Made by a program: the position numbers and the translations under genes | Notes under the pieces: generated by a model | What the model was told of the DNA's origin: nothing | Database searches by the model: none | What the model saw: only the letters and a program-made list of their open reading frames with translations | Shown: piece by piece, positions 42,440 through 55,511 of the stretch | How the letters are laid out: each line of letters begins with the position of its first letter | Position numbering within the stretch: position 1 is the first letter of the stretch | Assembly (NCBI GenBank): GCA_964016885.1 | Contig: OZ024744.1 | Location: forward strand, 50,468,001 to 50,532,000 | Origin: Eledone cirrhosa | Lineage: Eukaryota | DNA: 64,000 nucleotides | Direction: 5' to 3'

Positions 42440-43790
42440 ATGAAATAGACTGTCAAATGCTCAGATGGCTCTCTAGAAATCATTGACAACCTCTGCTACC
42501 TGGGGACTTAATTAGCAGTGGGGGTGGTTGTTCAGAAAGTACAGTAGCTAGAGTGAGAAACAGGTGGAAAAAGTTCAGGAAGCTACTACATCTGTTGGCT
42601 ACAAAAGGTTTCTGTCTCAAGGGAAAAGGCAGATTGTATGACGCCTTTCTGAGAAGTTCAATGCTGCATAGAAGTGGGATTATGACTTTGAATGCAGGGT
42701 ATCTACAACAATTGGAGAGAAATAAAGCAAATATGCTCTGATGGAGTTGTAATAGCAGTGTGTATGAATGACAGTGTTAGGGAACTGAGAAAATCTGGGA
42801 ATAAGAGGGATTAGAGGCAGTATAGAAGAGAGAAGACTATGCCAGTATGGAAATGTGATGTGTATGAAGGGTGACAGCTGTATAAAAAGTGCAGGGCTCT
42901 CAAAGTAGGTGGAATTGTGGAAGAGTTAGGCTATGGAAAGCTTGATGCATTGGTAAAGGCTGACCTTGTGCAGCATGAGAAATAGATGGAAAGTAGTGAT
43001 GGTAATAATATTTACATATATATATATATATATATCGTTGTGAGGCAGTTACAGGAAAAGTACCTAGCTGGCATTCATCGATCTGTGCTATAATCTGGTG
43101 GGCTCTTAGAAAATTAGGAGTAGATGAATGGCTTGTGAAAGCTGTACAAGCCATGTATAGAGGAGCAGTCAGCAAAGTTAGGATTAGCAATGACGATAGC
43201 GAGGAATTTAGCATACAGGTCGGTGTCCACCAGGGCTCTGTTCTTAGCCCTTTCCTGTTCATTGCAGGCAATAACGGAGAAGTTTAAGATCGGATGCCCA
43301 TGGGAACTGCTATATACAGATGATCTCACACTTATAGCTGAATCTATGGTGGAACTAGAGAAGAAATTCCAAACATGGAAGCAGGGATTAGAAAGGGTCT
43401 CAAAATCAACCTGACAAACACTAAGGTTCTTGTAAGTAGACGAGAAAACAGAATCCAGATCCCCTCATGGAAATGACCTTGCTCAGTATATAGGAAAGGT
43501 GTAGGTAGGAACTCCATCCTCTGCCCCAAATGCAAACAATGGGCTCTGTAGAAACAGTAGACAGCTTCTGCTACCTAGGTGACCGAATTAGCTGCGGAGG
43601 TGGGTGTTCGGAAAGTATAATAACTCGGGTAAGAACGGGATGGAAGAAGTTCAGGGAGCTACTGCCACTTCTAGCTGTAAAAGGCTTTTCCCTCAAAATG
43701 AAGGCAGACTGTATGTGTGTATACGAACAACAATGTTACATGGTAGTGAGACCTGAGTGCTGTCTGTAGATGACTTGCGCAGATGTAGGC
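42440..43790 (+). mobile_element. Two RTE fragments (42440-42990 old; 43037-43790 younger, multiply deleted)
   Basis: Seen: GCPWELLYTDDL, DSFCYLGD; second fragment closely matches 62770-63700. Confidence 0.85.
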
Positions 43791-45059
43791 GCCACGGAAA
43801 AAAAGCACCCAGAACTCACTGTAAATGAGGTTGGTGTTAGGAAGGGCATCCAGCTATAGAAATCAAGCCAAAATCAGTTCCTGTATGAGCAAGACAAGGT
43901 CAGCCGACTGGACACTGCCCACAACAGGACAACCCGTCTAACCCATGCTAGCCTGGAAGAACGGATGTAAAACGGTCATGATGATGATGATCCTTGAGCA
44001 AGACACTTTATTTCACATTGCTCCAGTTCATTCAGCGGTAGAAATGAGTTGTAAAGTCACGGGTACCGAGTTGTGTCAGCCATTTCCTTTCCCTTGGGCA
44101 ACCATTGGTGGCATAGAGAGAGGTGACTTTATGTATGGGCGACTGCTGGTCTTCTATAAACAACCTTCCCTGGACTTGTGCCTTGAGTGGGGTGGAACTT
44201 TCTAGGCACAAATCCCATGGCCATTTGTGACCAAAGGAGGTCTTTACTCTTTTATATATATATAGATAGATCAGGATTATACTTGTTTTAAACTAGTAAA
44301 ACTAGTATTATTTAACAGAGTACTCAATACTTGGAATAGCAGAGTGTGTGTGTGTGTGTGTATATATAGATAGGTAGGTTGTCATGTCCTTGACATAATT
44401 GCAGGATCCTCAAAAACCTTTATTAACAAGGTTTCTATGGGTAGATGCCCTTCCTATCACCAACCACTTTAAGTGTACTATGTCTTTTATTGTGTAGATC
44501 ACCAACACTAGAGATTCTAGTGTCATTGACACAACTGAAGAGTCCTCTCAACTCTTTTAGGTATGGTTTCTACAATGAGGTACCCTTCCTGTCACCAACA
44601 ACTTTACAGGGTGCGTTTTCGTGACACCATCACTACATAGTTTGGTCATAGTCCCAACTGAAGAGCCGTCACTGCTCTGGAGAGGAGGTGATAGGGGAAG
44701 AAGATAGGTGTAGGTAATTTGGCAGGGAATGAGTAAAGGGAAGAGGTAGCTGATAGTATATGGGGAGAAGGGAGATTTGTTGTGTAGGCTGTGGTCGATA
44801 CAGGAGGGGGAGTGATGGAGGGCTATGTAATGGTGGTAGTGGGGGGATGCACAAAGGGTAGAGAGAGTAGTTACTAGGGCGCAACATTAAGGATATCTAA
44901 GGAGTTTAGAGGTGGGAGAGTAGCTAAGGAGTGTTTCTGGAAGAGGCATGTGTGGCGTGTGCAGTGGGGATGAGGATATCTGCTGGGGAGTGCTAATGGT
45001 TGTGGAGGCATATGGATGGGTCAGGTGATATCGTATAGTATGCTTGTAGTAGGGTCCTC

Positions 45060-46370
45060 ATTATCGCCAGCTTTTTCAATACTTGGTTTTCTCAGTTATT
45101 AAGCTTAGTTTCTTAAGGTTGCTTTTCACTACCTTGTCCCAAGTCTTTCTGGGTCTACCTTTTCCATGGATTCCAGACTCTGGTATTTTTCTGCATTTCT
45201 TTATGCCGCTGCTATCTTCTATACACATCACATGTCCATACCAGCAGTTTTCTCTCTTTGCACACTATATCCAATCCCTCTTATGCTAAGATTATCTCTG
45301 CATTCACTTACGTTACATCATTCATGCACACAAACATTACACATCAATTGGAGTCTATTTGCTTCATTTCTTTCCAGCCTTCACAAGTGTTTTGTGGTTA
45401 AGGCCCATGTTTCAAAGCCATATAGCATTGCTGTTCACATGAAGGCATCAATACAGTGTATTTTTCATTCTGAGAGAGAGAAGCCCTTTGTTTTCAGCAG
45501 AGGTATCTAAACGTCTTCCAGTCTGTTCTTATCCTCCCCAACTATTGATTAGGTCACCTATGTAACAAAAGCTGTTAACTTCTAAGGAGCTTCCCTGGCA
45601 ACAGAAGGAATCTACTTCATGTGTGTTCTTAGTGCTTACTTACTCATCCTGTGCATCTGCTACGTAAAAAAAATATTTTCCATTAATCTGCCTGCAATCC
45701 TATTTCATCTCTTGTGCATCCATAGATTATATTGTGTGAACTTTATAAAATTTCTGCTTACTCCTTTCTGACATATCAAACAAGGCCACTTCTCTCATGG
45801 TATCACCCTCCTGTCCTCTTTCCTACTTATTAACACTTTTATCTTTGCTAAGTTTACTTTTAGGCCTTTCAATTCTGTTCTTCTCCCATGTGTGAAATTT
45901 TGTCTCACTCTCCTATGGATTCAGCCATGAGAACTTAGTCATTTGTAGATAAAAGCTCCCATGGAGTGCTAGTTTTAAATTCCTCAGTGATGCCTGAAGG
46001 ACAATGATAAAAAGGAGTGGATTGAGGATTGAATCCTGGTAGACACCCACAAGCACTTCAAAGTCATCACTGTACTCATTTCCAACTTTCACTCTGTTGG
46101 TTGTTCCTTTATAACCCTCACAAGACATTTGTCTACACCTAGTTTCCTAATTTCCCACCAGATTAGAGTGTGTGACCTGTCAAAAACCATCTTGGTATCT
46201 ACAAAACTCAGATACTGTGGCTTACTCTTAGCTTAGTACTTGTCTCATCTGAAAGAGCCATCGGTAGTGCCTCTGCCTGGCATAAATCCAAACTGTGTCT
46301 CATCTAACTTGATTTTCTCCCTCATTAACTATACTAAAACCCTTTCAGCAACTTTCATGGCCTGGTCCAA
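45060..46370 (-). mobile_element. Degenerate RTE LINE fragment
   Basis: Seen: reverse RT motifs (VGVYQDSILNPLLFIIVLQA), GRPRKTW. Confidence 0.8.
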
Positions 46371-46589
46371 TGTCTCTGTTGTATATGTATGAGTGTGTGT
46401 ATGTGGCACCTTGGGCAGGTGTTTTCTATATCTTTGGGTTGACTAATCCCTTGTGAATGGGATTTGGTAAACAGAAACTACAGAAGCATATCATATCCAT
46501 GTCAATGTTTATGTTTGTGTCTGTCTCGTAACTTAGCAGTTCGCCAAAAAGAAATTGATAAACTAAGTACCACACTTGAAAAAATAAGT

Positions 46590-48095
46590 ATTGGTGTGAT
46601 ATGACAGTGTGCTGGAGAAAACCAAGATGTGGTTTGGGTAAAGTACATTTGAAATGATAGTGGAGTCTTGTGCTGAAAAAGAAGCATTGAAGAAACTGCT
46701 GAATTAACAGAATAAATGAGACATTGAGGGCTTACCCCATGTTGACCTAACTGAGGGATTAGCCATAAAAGTTAACAGTACTCTGATAAATAAAGCAATT
46801 AAGGACTTGAAAGTAAGGAAGACAGCCAGATCATCTGGTTTAGTAGCTAAGATACTAAAAGTATCCAGCATGGTAGGTTACAAGCTAATCAGATGAATAA
46901 TTAATCAAGTATTAAAGGATATTGTCATACCCAATGACTGGTGCAGCAGTATCATTGTGAATAGCTACAAAACAATTTAGAGAAAGGTAACTATAGAGGC
47001 ATCAAGTTGATGGACCAGGTCATGAAAGTTGCTGAAATGGTTATAGTACAAAACTAATTAAGAGCTGAGTTAAATTAGATGAAATGCAGTTTGGCTTTAT
47101 GCCAGGTAGGAGTACTACTGATGCCCTCTTTCTTGAGACAACTACAGAAGTACTTGGCGAAGAGTAAAGCACTATAACTGACATTTGTAGATCTGGAGAA
47201 GACAGTCTCCTGCTCTGTAATATGGTGGGCACTTAGGAAGCTAGGTGTAGATGAATGGCTTGTGAGGGCTGAGCAAGTCATATATAAAGTCATCAACAAG
47301 GTGGGAATTGGCAATGAATATAGTGATGAATTAGATATACAGGTGAAGGTCCACCAGGGCTCAGTCAGCAGACCACTTCTAATTATTATTGTCCTTCAGG
47401 CTATCATTGTGGAGTTTAAAACCGGCACTCCACGAGAACTTATGTATGTGACGATCTCGTCTTTATAGCTAAATCTGTGGGAGATTTAGACACAAAATTC
47501 CAGTTATGGAAGAAAAACTTGGAGTTGAATAGCCTAAAAGTAAACTTAGCAGAAACAAAAATCTTAAGATGGAAGGCGGACAAGAAGCGGTTACTGACAG
47601 CAGGTTGAAAAGGGGTAGACGGAAACTCTATAAGATGCACACAGTGTAACCTATGGACACACATGATGTAATTGGATTGCAGGAAAGTTAATATGCATAA
47701 AAGTAAGAACTAAGAGCACATGTGAAATAGATTCCGTCAGTTATCAGGAAGGCTCCTTAGAAGTTGTTGGCAGCTTTTGTTACCTAGGGGACCTAATCAG
47801 CAGTGGGGGAGAATACACTGAAAGTGGGATAACCAGGCTGAAGAAGTTTAAAGAGCTGATACCTCTGCTGATAATAAAGGGCTTCATTCTCTCAGAATGA
47901 AGAATACTCTGTATGATGCCTACGTATGAACAGCAATTAAACATGGGCGTTAACTGCTGAAGATCTGTGAAGGCTAGAAAGAAATGGAGAATGCTTCAAT
48001 GGATGTGTAATGTTAGTGTGCATGAATGACGTAGTATAAGTTTACCGAGAGACAAACTTGGTATAAGAGGAATTAGGTGTTGTGTGCAAGAAAGA
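46590..48095 (+). mobile_element. Degenerate RTE LINE fragment
   Basis: Seen: NYRGIKLMDQVMKV, EMQFGFMPG, VHQGS..PLLIIIVLQA. Confidence 0.85.
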
Positions 48096-48659
48096 TGACA
48101 GTGTTTGTGTGGACACTGAAATGTGGTTGGTGATAGGAAGGACATCCAGTCATTGAAAACTGACCAAACAAAGAGTTGTGAATCCCCTTCAGCTGTGTCA
48201 CATATATGACAGCCACACTATTCCTGATGCCATAATAAAATGCATTTGGGGACATTTTATAAATTAAATGTTGGTTCCCAGCCAATTTGAGAGGTCAGTA
48301 GCTCTGCTTTAGTATTGACTCGGTCTGTGATGACCCAGCCAACCAATGGTATAAAAGAAAAAAAAGCACCGGACGTTTAACTATGATGCTGATGATATAC
48401 GTGTGTGTGTTACACATACATGAATATATGTATTTATGAGTGTGTATGTGTCATATCCATATATATATATGTATGTATGTGTGTCTGTGTATCCTGTAAA
48501 CTCAACACTGTGTTCAATTTATTGTTGCCAAGCAACATCTTCCATCAATAAACTATGCTGACTTCATTGCGTCTGTTAACTGTGCAGGTGTCATCATCAT
48601 CATTTAACTCTCAATATCCTGCACCGCATGAATCTACATTAGCAAGATAGGTTTTTAGA

Positions 48660-49130
48660 TATAAACACTTTTAATACTTTCATTACCATATTTCTAATAA
48701 AAAAAACACTGCCTATGGTTTTCAAATAATTTGGAAAATACTCAAGAATTTTGAGAGATTTATTAATGTAACTAACTTTCTCATTAAGCTGGTGTTTCGA
48801 ACATAACTTAAAGGTTCTAACATAAAATTATGATGGAAGAGTTTTAGATAAATATAAACACTTTAATCCTTTCATTACCATATTTCTAATGAAATACACT
48901 GCCTATGGTTTTCAAATAATTTAGAAAATAAATAAGAATTTGGAGGGTTTTAATAATATAACTAACTTTCTCATTATTAAGCTGCTGTTCAGAAGATAAC
49001 TTAATAAAGATTTTTACATAAAATTATGACTGAAATTTTTTAGCTAAATGTAAACATTTTGAAATAAGATTTTGTATAATAGAAGCAAGGAGTGGTTTCA
49101 AGCATGTTTAATATCAAAAAGGTGGGTTAG
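48660..49130 (+). mobile_element. piggyBac-like MITE with ~195-bp tandem duplication
   Basis: Seen: TTAAT(A/C)CTTTCATTACCATATTTCTAAT unit twice; related inverted copy at ~56985-57190 with TTAAC../..AAAGGGTTA ends. Superfamily is inference. Confidence 0.55.
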
Positions 49131-49511
49131 ATACTTTTCCCACTCTGCAGTGGCTTACCAGCTTTACACGTCATTTAAATTGATTAAATCTTTATAATAA
49201 AACACAAGTGATAACTTGATATCTTCCTCCCCACCTCTCCATCTTTCACAAGTATTGGCAAGATGGTCAGTAATTAAACAATGGCCATCTATAGCTACTC
49301 ACTTAACTGTCTATCTGTGTTTTTTTGTCAATATATCTACCTAACTGTCTATCTGTCAATATATTTATCTCTCTATCTATATACCTACCTAACTGTATAT
49401 CTATCAATATATCTACCTAATTATCTGTCTCAATATATCTACCTACCTATCTGTCTATTAATATACCTACCTAACTGCCTATCAATATATCTACCTAACT
49501 GTTTATCATTT

Positions 49512-50480
49512 GGCACCTCGAGTGCGTTCAGGCGCTCACAGCACTCTACCATGGGGAAATGGCAATCAGCGGAGACTCCACATCAACATTCTATAGAGGA
49601 TTAGTGGAGGATAAGTGCGACGATGTTCTCAGGGAGACTCTGGGCATTGAAGAGGACGAACTGACATGTCTGTTCAGGAGGACTTTCCGTCCAGGGTCTA
49701 TGGATAACTTCCAGAGGTCTCTGGCCTGTCAGTGCTACCAAGGAGCTCTACCAGTTCGAGACAAAATCTACAGGCACGGACACCCTGGCAGGGGTCCTGC
49801 CAAAAGGACCTGTCCAAGATGTGAGCAGGACATTGAAACCGTTCTGCACGCAATTGTTCAGTGCCCAGGGGTGACCGACCTGTGGAATTATGTGGAACTG
49901 CTACTGTCACATGTGGGACGCATCCAGATGTCAGCCGAGTCCATCGTGAGGATCACCTAGCTGCCTTCATTTAAGAATGAAGGAGAGGCGGTTTTCCTCT
50001 GTACAGTGGCTATGGCGAAAGAGGTAATATGGTGGACGAGGTAAAAGGGACTGCGGGCAATCACCTTTCTCTCCGGACAACAACTCATCCCCTTCTTTAA
50101 GTACCACTTCAGAAGGAAGGTGAGAGTAGAGAGAGAGGTGCTACACCCCAGTAAATTCGCTGAAAAGTGGGTGAATGTGGCGAAAATGGCTTGAGTGAGT
50201 GGGCCTTCTTTGTATATAAACTTGTAGGTTGAGGAAGACAAAAGAGGGGAGACGGGCACGTCTACAAAACATGCTCCTGGTGTGGAGGGTTGTTCTATCT
50301 ACGGGGTGTAAATCAACCCTGCAGTAACGTTCCCCCTATTGGGGTTTTCGATTATTTTATTTTAATATATAGTTTATTGTTATTTATTAATGTTAAAGTT
50401 TATACGATTTTTATGTAAAACCACTGCCATCATGTCTTGTAATGTCCCATTCCTTGTAAACCCTTGTGGAAAATAAAGTT
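49512..50480 (+). mobile_element. 5'-truncated L1/Tx1-clade LINE 3' end
   Basis: Seen: LPVRDKIY..CPRC..ETVLHAIVQCP (zf-RVT-like CCHC), KEVIWWTR, 3' AATAAA; flanked by TATC-type repeats. Confidence 0.8.
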
Positions 50481-51021
50481 ATCTATCAATATATCTACAT
50501 ACCTGTCTGTCTATCTATCAATATATCTACCTAACTGTCTGTCTATCAATATATCTACCTAAATGTCTGTCTATCAATCTACCTACCTATCTATCTATCT
50601 AGCTCATTATCTATCTGACTGTTTATAACTATCTATTTATCTATATTTACCAACCTATCTTCAGACATGAATAACAACAACAAACCAGAAATAACAATAG
50701 CAGTCCAGTCTGAAGATAGATAGATAGATAGATACATAGGTAGAACAAAGTCATAATAATTTAGTAGATGTATGTTTGATAATGATTAAAGAAAATATGG
50801 AAGAAAATTATTGTAATTGATTTAAAGGAATGTGAAATAAAATACAGCGTTGGCTGGAGTGACAAGATGGTGAAGTTATTGAAGATTGAAGTATCTTTTC
50901 ATAGAATGTTGTAATAAATGAATTATTAAAATTTTTTTTTTTTCTGTAAATTCCTTGTTTTTGATGGGTACTGTGCTAGTAAATAAATAAATAATGAATT
51001 CTTTTATGTTAATTATTTCAG

Positions 51022-51126
51022 CTTGTTGGTGGAGAATTTGAGATTGAGACAAATTTTATCATCCAAGACCCTGAAAATGTTCTATACATGCTAGAAGTCC
51101 TCAAAGTTTGTTCAGCAACACTTCAA
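51022..51126 (+). CDS. NBEA: Neurobeachin/LRBA coding exon 2 (105 nt)
   Basis: Seen: TTTCAG acceptor, LVGGEFEIETNFIIQDPENVLYMLEVLKVCSATLQ, GTAAGT donor, phase 0/0. Knowledge: matches LVGGEFDLEMNFIIQD. Confidence 0.95.
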
Positions 51127-51497
51127 GTAAGTAATTTGTGGACGGTAGTAGCATCACCATCACCATCATCATCATCATCATCAACAATATCTGCTACTGA
51201 CCTCTCACAGACTGAATCTGTATTTAATCAGAGCTAATGATCTCTTAGATGGGCCTGTGGTGGCCACATCTCACATATGTTATATATTTTACAGTGTACT
51301 GAGTGTGTTTTATCGTGACACTTGCACTGGGAAGGTTTTCATGTCTTTGACACAGCTGAAGAGTGTTCTAACATAAATAGAATGCTTAAAATTGATCTTT
51401 GTCACAACTCCATTACGTATTGTTTTTTTTTACTAATTTCCAACCATTTTGAAGGCCATATTCATTCAAAATACCTCGAAAACAATAAGAAATGCAA

Positions 51498-51988
51498 ATT
51501 TCATTTCTAAAGTGAAACCAATGTTATTTTCATTTCTAAAGTGAAACCAATGTTATTTTCATTTCTAAAGTGAAACCAATGTTATTTTCATTTCTAAAGT
51601 GAAACCAATGTTATTTTCATTTCTAAAGTGAAACCAATGTTATTTTCATTTCTAAAGTGAAACCAATGTTATTTTCATTTCTAAAGTGAAACCAATGTTA
51701 TTTTCATTTCTAAAGTGAAACCAATGTTATTTTCATTTCTAAAGTGAAACCAATGTTATTTTCATTTCTAAAGTGAAACTGGTGTAATATTCACCTTCAA
51801 AGTGAAATTGGTGTAATATTCACCTTCAAAGTGAAATTGGTGTAATATTCACCTTCAAAGTGAAATTGGTGTAATATTCACCTTCAAAGTGAAATTGGTG
51901 TAATATTCACCTTCAAAGTGAAATTGGTGTAATATTCACCTTCAAAGTGAAATTGGTGTAATATTCACCCCCAAAGTGAAACTGGTGT
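51498..51988. repeat. 29-bp minisatellite, two homogeneous variant blocks (~10 + ~7 copies)
   Basis: Seen: AAAGTGAAACCAATGTTATTTTCATTTCT then AAAGTGAAATTGGTGTAATATTCACCTTC. Confidence 0.95.
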
Positions 51989-53029
51989 GTGTATCATTAT
52001 CATCATCATTTAGCATCACTTTCCCTGATAGCAAGAGTTAGATAGGTTTCTACATAGACCAAATCAGTACTGAAGTTGGTCCACTGACATCCCAGACAGG
52101 CTGTGGAGGTTTGTATGCCACTTACGTACGATTGTTATTGAGTGCAGAGACGTTGTCATGTCCTTTGACACAAACTGAAGGATCCTCCTAACACCTTGTT
52201 TGGCAAGATTTCTATGGATGTATGCCCTTCCTAACACCAACCACTCTACAGCATTTACTGGGTGCTTTTATTGTGTAGATCACCTAAGGTGTCAAGTCCT
52301 TGACATAACTAAAGAATCCTCCTAACCCTTTGTTTGGCAAGCTTTCTACCACTGGGTACCCTTCCCATCACCAGTCACTTTACAGAGTGTATTGGGTGTG
52401 TGCTCATCGAGTAGATCACCAACACTATAGAGGTTGTGTCTTTGACACAACTAAAGGATCCTCATAAGCCTTTTAGGCGTGGTTTCTGCAGCGAGGTGTC
52501 CTTCCTGTTTCTAACCACCTATAGGAGTGTACTAGGTACATTTTAGTGGTACCATCAATATAGTTGTTGGATCCAGACCCAATTGTATAGTCCTCCCAGC
52601 TCTAATGAGGGGGCAATAGGGAAGGGAGATATGTATTAAGTTATTGGTGTTTGTAAATATGAGTAGGGGTGGTTTAGTGTATGGGGATGTGGTCAATATG
52701 GTGGGGGTGGGGGCATGATGGAAAGATAGGTAGGTGGTAAGGCATAGGTGTAGCTTGTTAGTGTATGGGGAGAGGGAATGTGTTCGATAGAGAAGGAGGT
52801 CATGGTGGAAAGATAGGTGAGGGGGTAGACAAGTGGTAGAGAGAGTAGCTTAGCTACTAGGGTGCAATTAAGATATCTAAGGTCTTTAGAGGGGGGGGGG
52901 GGGGTAGTAGTTTAGGAGTGGTTCTTGGGTGCAGTAGTGGTGAAGATAGATGGTAGAGTGCTAGTAGGAAGGAGGGGGAGTGACTTGTGGAGGGTTAGGT
53001 CATATTGTATGCTTCAGGCCAGGTCTTCA

Positions 53030-54990
53030 TCAGCATTGTGCCGGTACTCTCAATCCTTTGTCATCTCAGTTGTGAGGCTTCCTTTCTTAAGGCTGCTCTT
53101 TACTACCTCATCCCATGTCTTCCTAGGCCTGCCTTTTCCTTGGGTTCCAGCCACTGGGATAGATCTGCATTTCTTTATGCAGCTGCTATCCTCAATATTC
53201 ATCACATGTCCATACCAGCACAATCTTCTCTCTTGCACATTACATCCAATTCCTCTTATGCCAAGTTTCCCTCTCAGTTCACTGCTACTTCGTTCATGCA
53301 CACTAACATTTACACATCCATTGGAGCATACTCACTTCATTTCTCTCCAGCCTTTGCATTACAGTTCATACACAGGGATCATACAGTCTACCCTTCACTT
53401 TGAGCGAGAAGCCCTTTGGGGTCAACTTAGGTATGAGCTCTCTAAATTTCTTCCAGGCTGTTCTGATCCTGGCTATCACACTTTCACTGTTAATTTGATT
53501 GCCTAAATAACAGAAGTTATTGACAGCTTCTAAGGGGCCTCCCTGGCAGCAGAAGGAATCTACTTCATATGAGATCTTAGTGTTTACTTCTCCTGTGCAT
53601 CTGCCACATACAAAGTCTATCTTTTCTGTTAATCTGCTTGCAATCCCACTATGTCTCTTGTGTGTCCATAGATTACACTGTGTGCACTTTATAGAATTTC
53701 TGCCCACCTCTTTGTGACCCATCAAACAGGCCTTTCAACTCTAGGTACTTGTTCCATGTTTGAAATTTTGTCTCTAACTCTCCTGTTATAAGGACTAAGT
53801 CATTGGTATGTAAAAGCTCCCACAGAGTGCCAGTTTTAAGCTCCCCAGTGATGCCTGAAGAACAAAGAATAACAGGAGTGGACTGAGCCATGGGAGACAC
53901 TCACCAGCACTTCAAATTCATCACTGTACTCGCTTTCAGCCCTCACCCTGATGGTTGCTCCTTCATACATAGCCTACATGGCACTCACAAGCCATTCATC
54001 TACACCTAGCTGCCAAAGGGGCCAGCAGATTACAGAGCATGGGATCCTGTCAAAGGCCTTCTCCATATCTACAAAAGCCAGATACAGTGGCTAACTCTTA
54101 GCTAAGTACCTTTCCTGCAGTTGTCGCACTATAAAGAGGGCATCAATAGTATTCCTGCTTGGTATAATTCCAAACTGCATCTCATCTAACTTGATTTTGT
54201 CCTTAATTAGTTGTGCTATAACCCTTTCAACAATTTTCTGGTCCATCAACTAGATACCTCTGTAGTTACTTCTCTCCAGTGCATCTCCTTTGCCTTTGTA
54301 GCAATTTACTAGGATATTGATACTACTGCACCAGTCATTGAGTATGAACCCCTCCCGTACTACTTGATTAACTATGTGTTTGACTAGTGCATGTCCTACC
54401 ATACCAGATGCTTTTAACATCTCAGCAACTATACCAGATGGACCAGCTGCCTTCCCTACTGTTATGTCCTTAATTGCTTTATCACTCCTTGCTGTCTCAT
54501 TTATTCTCTTTGTTCAGCAGTGTCTCATAGTAAGTCTTCCATACTTCCTTCTTTTCAACAACAGACAGGGTAAGTACTCCACTATCATTTCAAATGCACA
54601 TTTTCCCAACCACATCATGACTTTCCCTAGTACACTGTCTCGCAATCTGAAACACTTCACACCTCTGATCTTTATGATGCAGGACATGAACAAATTTATT
54701 CTTTTCTGCTTCTGCCCTTACTGGGTATACCTGCTGTCAGGCCTCTCCTCAAGCTATGTGATGTTTCTCCCTGTCTCCCCCTTTCCTTCAGCTTGTCTTT
54801 TTGTTTTTATGGTTCTATCTACCTTATTATTCCACTACTACATCACCTTTTGTCTTACTGGGACCTTGTTCCAGTTGCATGCCTGGTTTGTGGTTTCCAG
54901 CAGGTTGTCCTGTAGGAAACCCCAGTTTTCCTCTGTTATGTCTCCATTTCCTCTTCCTTATTGTCAAAGTAGGATTTATCTGTATTTGCT
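53030..54990 (-). mobile_element. Degenerate RTE LINE fragment
   Basis: Seen: RRLCWYGHVM, GRPRKTWDE, NSIKCTQCNLWTHKRH, reverse EMQFGI. Confidence 0.88.
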
Positions 54991-55045
54991 TCACACATGG
55001 CATACTATTATGTTTGATTATTATTATTTTCATTTTTTTTTTAAG

Positions 55046-55172
55046 GCGGAAATATGGAGTGTATTTACAGCTATATTGAAGAAAAGTCGCAGAAATTTGA
55101 ATGCCTGCACCGAAGTTAAACTCATAGAGCAGGTTTTATGTATGTTGGAAGGGGCTGATGATATTGTTGCAG
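55046..55172 (+). CDS. NBEA: Neurobeachin/LRBA coding exon 3 (127 nt)
   Basis: Seen: polyT-AAG acceptor, [48 protein letters not shown] donor phase 1. Confidence 0.95.
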
Positions 55173-55511
55173 GTTAGTGAGCCTTTCTTCCTTCACTCCT
55201 TCCTTTTTCTTTTCTTTCTCAGTCTTTCTACCTATAGAGATTTTACTAGTTAAGGCCAGTAGGATTTAGGATTTTTATTCAACTTAGTACTCTATACTTA
55301 AGGAACATCGTGTAAATATTATATCTATACACACACATGGAATGATTTTTCTGTGAGGAATGGAAAAGGTAAGAGGCCACAGTTAATGAAGGTACTCAAT
55401 ACATTAAGTAGAGAAGGTACATAATTTGTTTCAGATAGAAATGACTTCTACAAAACTAGCAGTTTCATTCGTTTGAAATCATCAGGAAAGAATGAAACAG
55501 TTCTAGATTTG

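Noticed and set aside
51498-51988. 29-bp repeats ending GAAA(C), CRISPR-sized
   Set aside because: No spacers; simple tandem minisatellite.
54374-55177. 267-aa plus-strand ORF
   Set aside because: Antisense RTE sequence running into neurobeachin exon 3; only 55046-55172 is supported.
55445-55495. Minus-strand CTGATGA...GAAA hammerhead-like core
   Set aside because: No convincing helix I next to the cleavage triplet; may be a relic but not supportable.
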